Positions 61,255-64,000 of a stretch of 64,000 bases of DNA are shown here, one piece after another (within the stretch, counting starts at the first letter, position 1; each line of letters begins with the position of its first letter). The DNA is taken from contig NC_134469.1 of NCBI RefSeq assembly GCF_964194025.1, forward strand, positions 15,810,001 through 15,874,000, given 5' to 3'. A program made the translations under genes and the position numbers. Source of the stretch: Convolutriloba macropyga. Its lineage: Eukaryota. Under the pieces are notes generated by a model that saw only the letters and a list, made by a program, of their open reading frames with translations, searched no databases and had not been told where the DNA came from.

Positions 61255-64000
61255 TGTAGAGACTGCCCTTGAGTCTGTGAAGTTATTGCAACCTGGGTTC
61301 CGCTAAGGATAACACCCGACCTAGAGGATCCTTTTACAGTCGAACCTTGTAAGGACGTGGCCTGGCCGTTTCTCAGTGACCAGTAATGACACAGACAAGA
61401 GGGTAGTGTGTGCGTGTAGGACCTTTTGTTTGCCGACCTTTTAATCCTAATTCTCCAAAGAGTTGGTTTTTGTATGAAAGTAACGAGTGAAAAAGTTTTG
61501 AATTGATAAACTGATTAGAGAATAATTTTTGCTTTGCATTGATAGACTGGTTAGACAAGAGATGAGTGATAAGAACGAACGTGTCCGATTCAGCGGGAAA
61601 GAGGAAGACTTTTTGTACTTTTCGGAGCAATTTGAAGCTCGCATTTTTGTCCTTAAGTTGTACAAGGTACTTGATGGTAGTAGTACATTTGAAGATTATG
61701 TCCCATCTACACGCCCTAACGCTTCACGAGCCGAAAAAGACGCAGCTATAGATAAAGGGAGAGAAATTTTCAAAGAAAAGCAAATGCAAATATGGTATGA
61801 GCTTGTCTCGGCGCTAGACAAGCAGTCAGTTCTTTATCTTAGGCCATATAAAGGAGATGGGGCTCAAGCATGGGATGTGTTAACTAAGAGATTCCGTAGC
61901 TTTGAGAGACCTAGATTACAAAAATTAGTAAGCGAACTCACTAGCCTTGTTAAAAGAGACGACGAAAGTCTAATCGAGTATATAACAAGAGCAGAGGAAC
62001 TACAATTTAACCTTAACCAAGTCAACGAGGGTTTGAGTGAAAAAATGTTTACATCAATTCTACTGAAAGGTCTGCCGAACGAATTTGATAATTTTGTCAC
62101 ACTTGTTAAGTACGGTAGTGAGGATAAATCACTTGATGAGTTGAAGCGAGATCTGATCAACTTTGACACTGAGCGAAGAATAGAGAGTGATAGGAAAAAC
62201 GCAAGTGAAAGTGTCTTCCTAACAAAGCACAAGAGGTGCCATAACTGTAACAAGTTTGGACATATTGCAAAATTCTGTCGCTCAAATAATAAGCCTCATA
62301 ACCCACAGCCTAATACCAGCAAAGTAATTCAATGCTACAATTGCAATAAGTTTGGACACAAAGCTACAGAGTGTAGGAATAAAAAGTTTGAGAGTCATGC
62401 CAGGCGAAGCGTTAGAAATGAGAAACAGAACTTAGCAAAAGATGAAGAATACTTCAGTTTCTTTTTATGCCCATTTGATGATGAGGGAGTAGGACTAGTG
62501 CTAGATTCGGGGGCAACAAGTCACATGATGAACAACAGGGAAATGTTTATCGATTTCGATGACAGTTTCTCGGGCAAAGTACTGAACGCAAACAAAACGG
62601 AGTCTGAAATTTGTGGCCGAGGTACAGTTGCATTTTTAGTTAAGGATAGTAATCAGGTTAATAGAAAAATTATCTTAGAGAACGCCTTGTTTATACCTGA
62701 AAACTCACACAGTCTAGTGTCAATTAGTAAACTTAGAGAAGCAGGAGCTGAAGTTTTGATAGGACCAGAACTAAGCATAATTGACAAAAGCGGTCTAGAG
62801 TACCCATTTAGGCAGGAGAAAAATTTGTTCATTTGGGACTTTAGAGAGATTGATAAAACTTGCAAAGAAAATTGCCTACTGTCCAGTAGCTTAAAAATGT
62901 GGCACAAAAGATTGGGTCATAACAATTTTACGGACCTTAGCAAACTAGTTGAACACGTTGAAGGAATGCGTATCAGCGACAGTTCGGTAGATGTATGTGA
63001 GATTTGTGAGTTGAATAAGGCTAAGAAACAACCAATAGCAAAAGATTGCACAACAAGAGCACAAGCAGTGTTGGACATTGTGCACACAGACATCTTAGGG
63101 CCTATTACCCCCGAGGCTGTAGATGGCCACAAGTACGCGATAGGATTTGTTGATAGCTTCAGTAGATATTGTAGGGTTTACTTTATGAAGTCAAGGGACG
63201 AGACTCTAGAAAAATTTCAACAATTTTGTGCAGATGTAGGCCAACCTTTAACTTTAGTATCAGACGGTGCAAAAGAGTACATATCTAGCGACTTTAAAAA
63301 GTTTGCCCGGCTAAAAGGAATCAGGCTTGAGAATTCTGCGGCGTACACGCCACAAGAGAATGGTAAAATTGAGAAACTTTGGGACGTCACTGTAGGAACT
63401 GCTAGATGTTTAGGAGATCAGGCTTCTTTAGAGAAAAAGTACTGGACTTATTCGCTCAACATGGCGTTCTATTTGAAAAATTTTTGCTATCATTCGGCAA
63501 TAAAGAAAACCCCTCATAAAGCCATGTATGGTGAGAAACCAAATCTTAGTTTCATGAAAGTATTCGGTTGTGTAGCTTACCCTTTCATAGAGAAACAGTT
63601 CAGAAACAAAATAGACAGAAAAGCAAAAAAAGGAATTTTCTTAGGTCATGCACTCGATAGTAGATCTTTTTTGATAGGAATAGAAAACGATCGCGGTGAG
63701 CTTAAGGTTCAAAAAACAAGGAATGCAAGGTTCGACGAGAACAACTATTACTTCGGAGTGAATGAACAGGCAAATCTAGAACATGAGGTAAAAAAGGAGA
63801 TGAGTGAAATAGTTTTTTTAAGTGAAATTGTTGATCAAAATTTGTTACCTAAAAACGCAAAAGAGGCGCTCAAGAATGAAAACTGGAGGAAGGCAATGCA
63901 GGACGAATATAACTCACTGAGTGAAAATAAAGTTTAGGATCTGGTTAAGAATAATGGAGCAAAAGTAGTGGGTAGTAGATGGCATTTTGGAGTTAAATAT
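61255..64000 (+). mobile_element. Ty1/copia LTR retrotransposon, truncated by the window end; 5' boundary uncertain
   Basis: Polyprotein above. The RT frame continues after the TAG (DLVKNNGAKVVGSRWHFGVKY). The 5' LTR is guessed from a TGTAG start and a composition shift only; no canonical PBS was found. Confidence 0.8.
61562..63937 (+). CDS. Ty1/copia gag-protease-integrase polyprotein (first ATG 61562), ending at an in-frame TAG at the start of RT
   Basis: Copia gag (ILLKGLPNEFDNFV), two CCHC knuckles (CHNCNKFGHIAKFC, CYNCNKFGHKATEC), protease LDSGATSHM, WHKRLGH...CEIC, integrase HTDILGP / SDGAKEY / PQENGKIE, then LKVFGC-like and GIFLGH. PR-IN-RT order is diagnostic of copia. Confidence 0.95.
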   Translation: MSDKNERVRFSGKEEDFLYFSEQFEARIFVLKLYKVLDGSSTFEDYVPSTRPNASRAEKDAAIDKGREIFKEKQMQIWYELVSALDKQSVLYLRPYKGDGAQAWDVLTKRFRSFERPRLQKLVSELTSLVKRDDESLIEYITRAEELQFNLNQVNEGLSEKMFTSILLKGLPNEFDNFVTLVKYGSEDKSLDELKRDLINFDTERRIESDRKNASESVFLTKHKRCHNCNKFGHIAKFCRSNNKPHNPQPNTSKVIQCYNCNKFGHKATECRNKKFESHARRSVRNEKQNLAKDEEYFSFFLCPFDDEGVGLVLDSGATSHMMNNREMFIDFDDSFSGKVLNANKTESEICGRGTVAFLVKDSNQVNRKIILENALFIPENSHSLVSISKLREAGAEVLIGPELSIIDKSGLEYPFRQEKNLFIWDFREIDKTCKENCLLSSSLKMWHKRLGHNNFTDLSKLVEHVEGMRISDSSVDVCEICELNKAKKQPIAKDCTTRAQAVLDIVHTDILGPITPEAVDGHKYAIGFVDSFSRYCRVYFMKSRDETLEKFQQFCADVGQPLTLVSDGAKEYISSDFKKFARLKGIRLENSAAYTPQENGKIEKLWDVTVGTARCLGDQASLEKKYWTYSLNMAFYLKNFCYHSAIKKTPHKAMYGEKPNLSFMKVFGCVAYPFIEKQFRNKIDRKAKKGIFLGHALDSRSFLIGIENDRGELKVQKTRNARFDENNYYFGVNEQANLEHEVKKEMSEIVFLSEIVDQNLLPKNAKEALKNENWRKAMQDEYNSLSENKV

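Overview
AT-rich eukaryotic, almost certainly animal, genomic DNA. It has a spliced GT-AG gene, LINE, LTR and rolling-circle-type elements, and no operons, rRNA, tRNA or CRISPR. Two host genes are supported: (1) a large uninterrupted reading frame (17-2809, open at the window edge) for a mesothelin/otoancorin/stereocilin-family protein with a hydrophobic GPI-like tail; (2) a two-coding-exon prefoldin subunit 6 gene on the minus strand (22632-19271). Most of the rest is transposon-derived: an internally deleted Ty3/gypsy element in which the PBS is fused directly to integrase, inside a 4.2-kb tandem duplication; Helentron-like (HINE/DINE-1 architecture) short elements; about 20 kb of decayed, co-oriented CR1/L2-group LINE DNA amplified as several tandem arrays, one with a templated-insertion junction; a young 276-bp MITE with perfect 38-bp TIRs; and a near-intact Ty1/copia gag-PR-IN ORF with an in-frame TAG at the start of RT, running off the window end. 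Most short ORFs in the supplied track are spurious. All comparisons were made by eye with no database searches, so repeat boundaries are approximate. I found no clearly novel biological system; the best leads are listed as findings.
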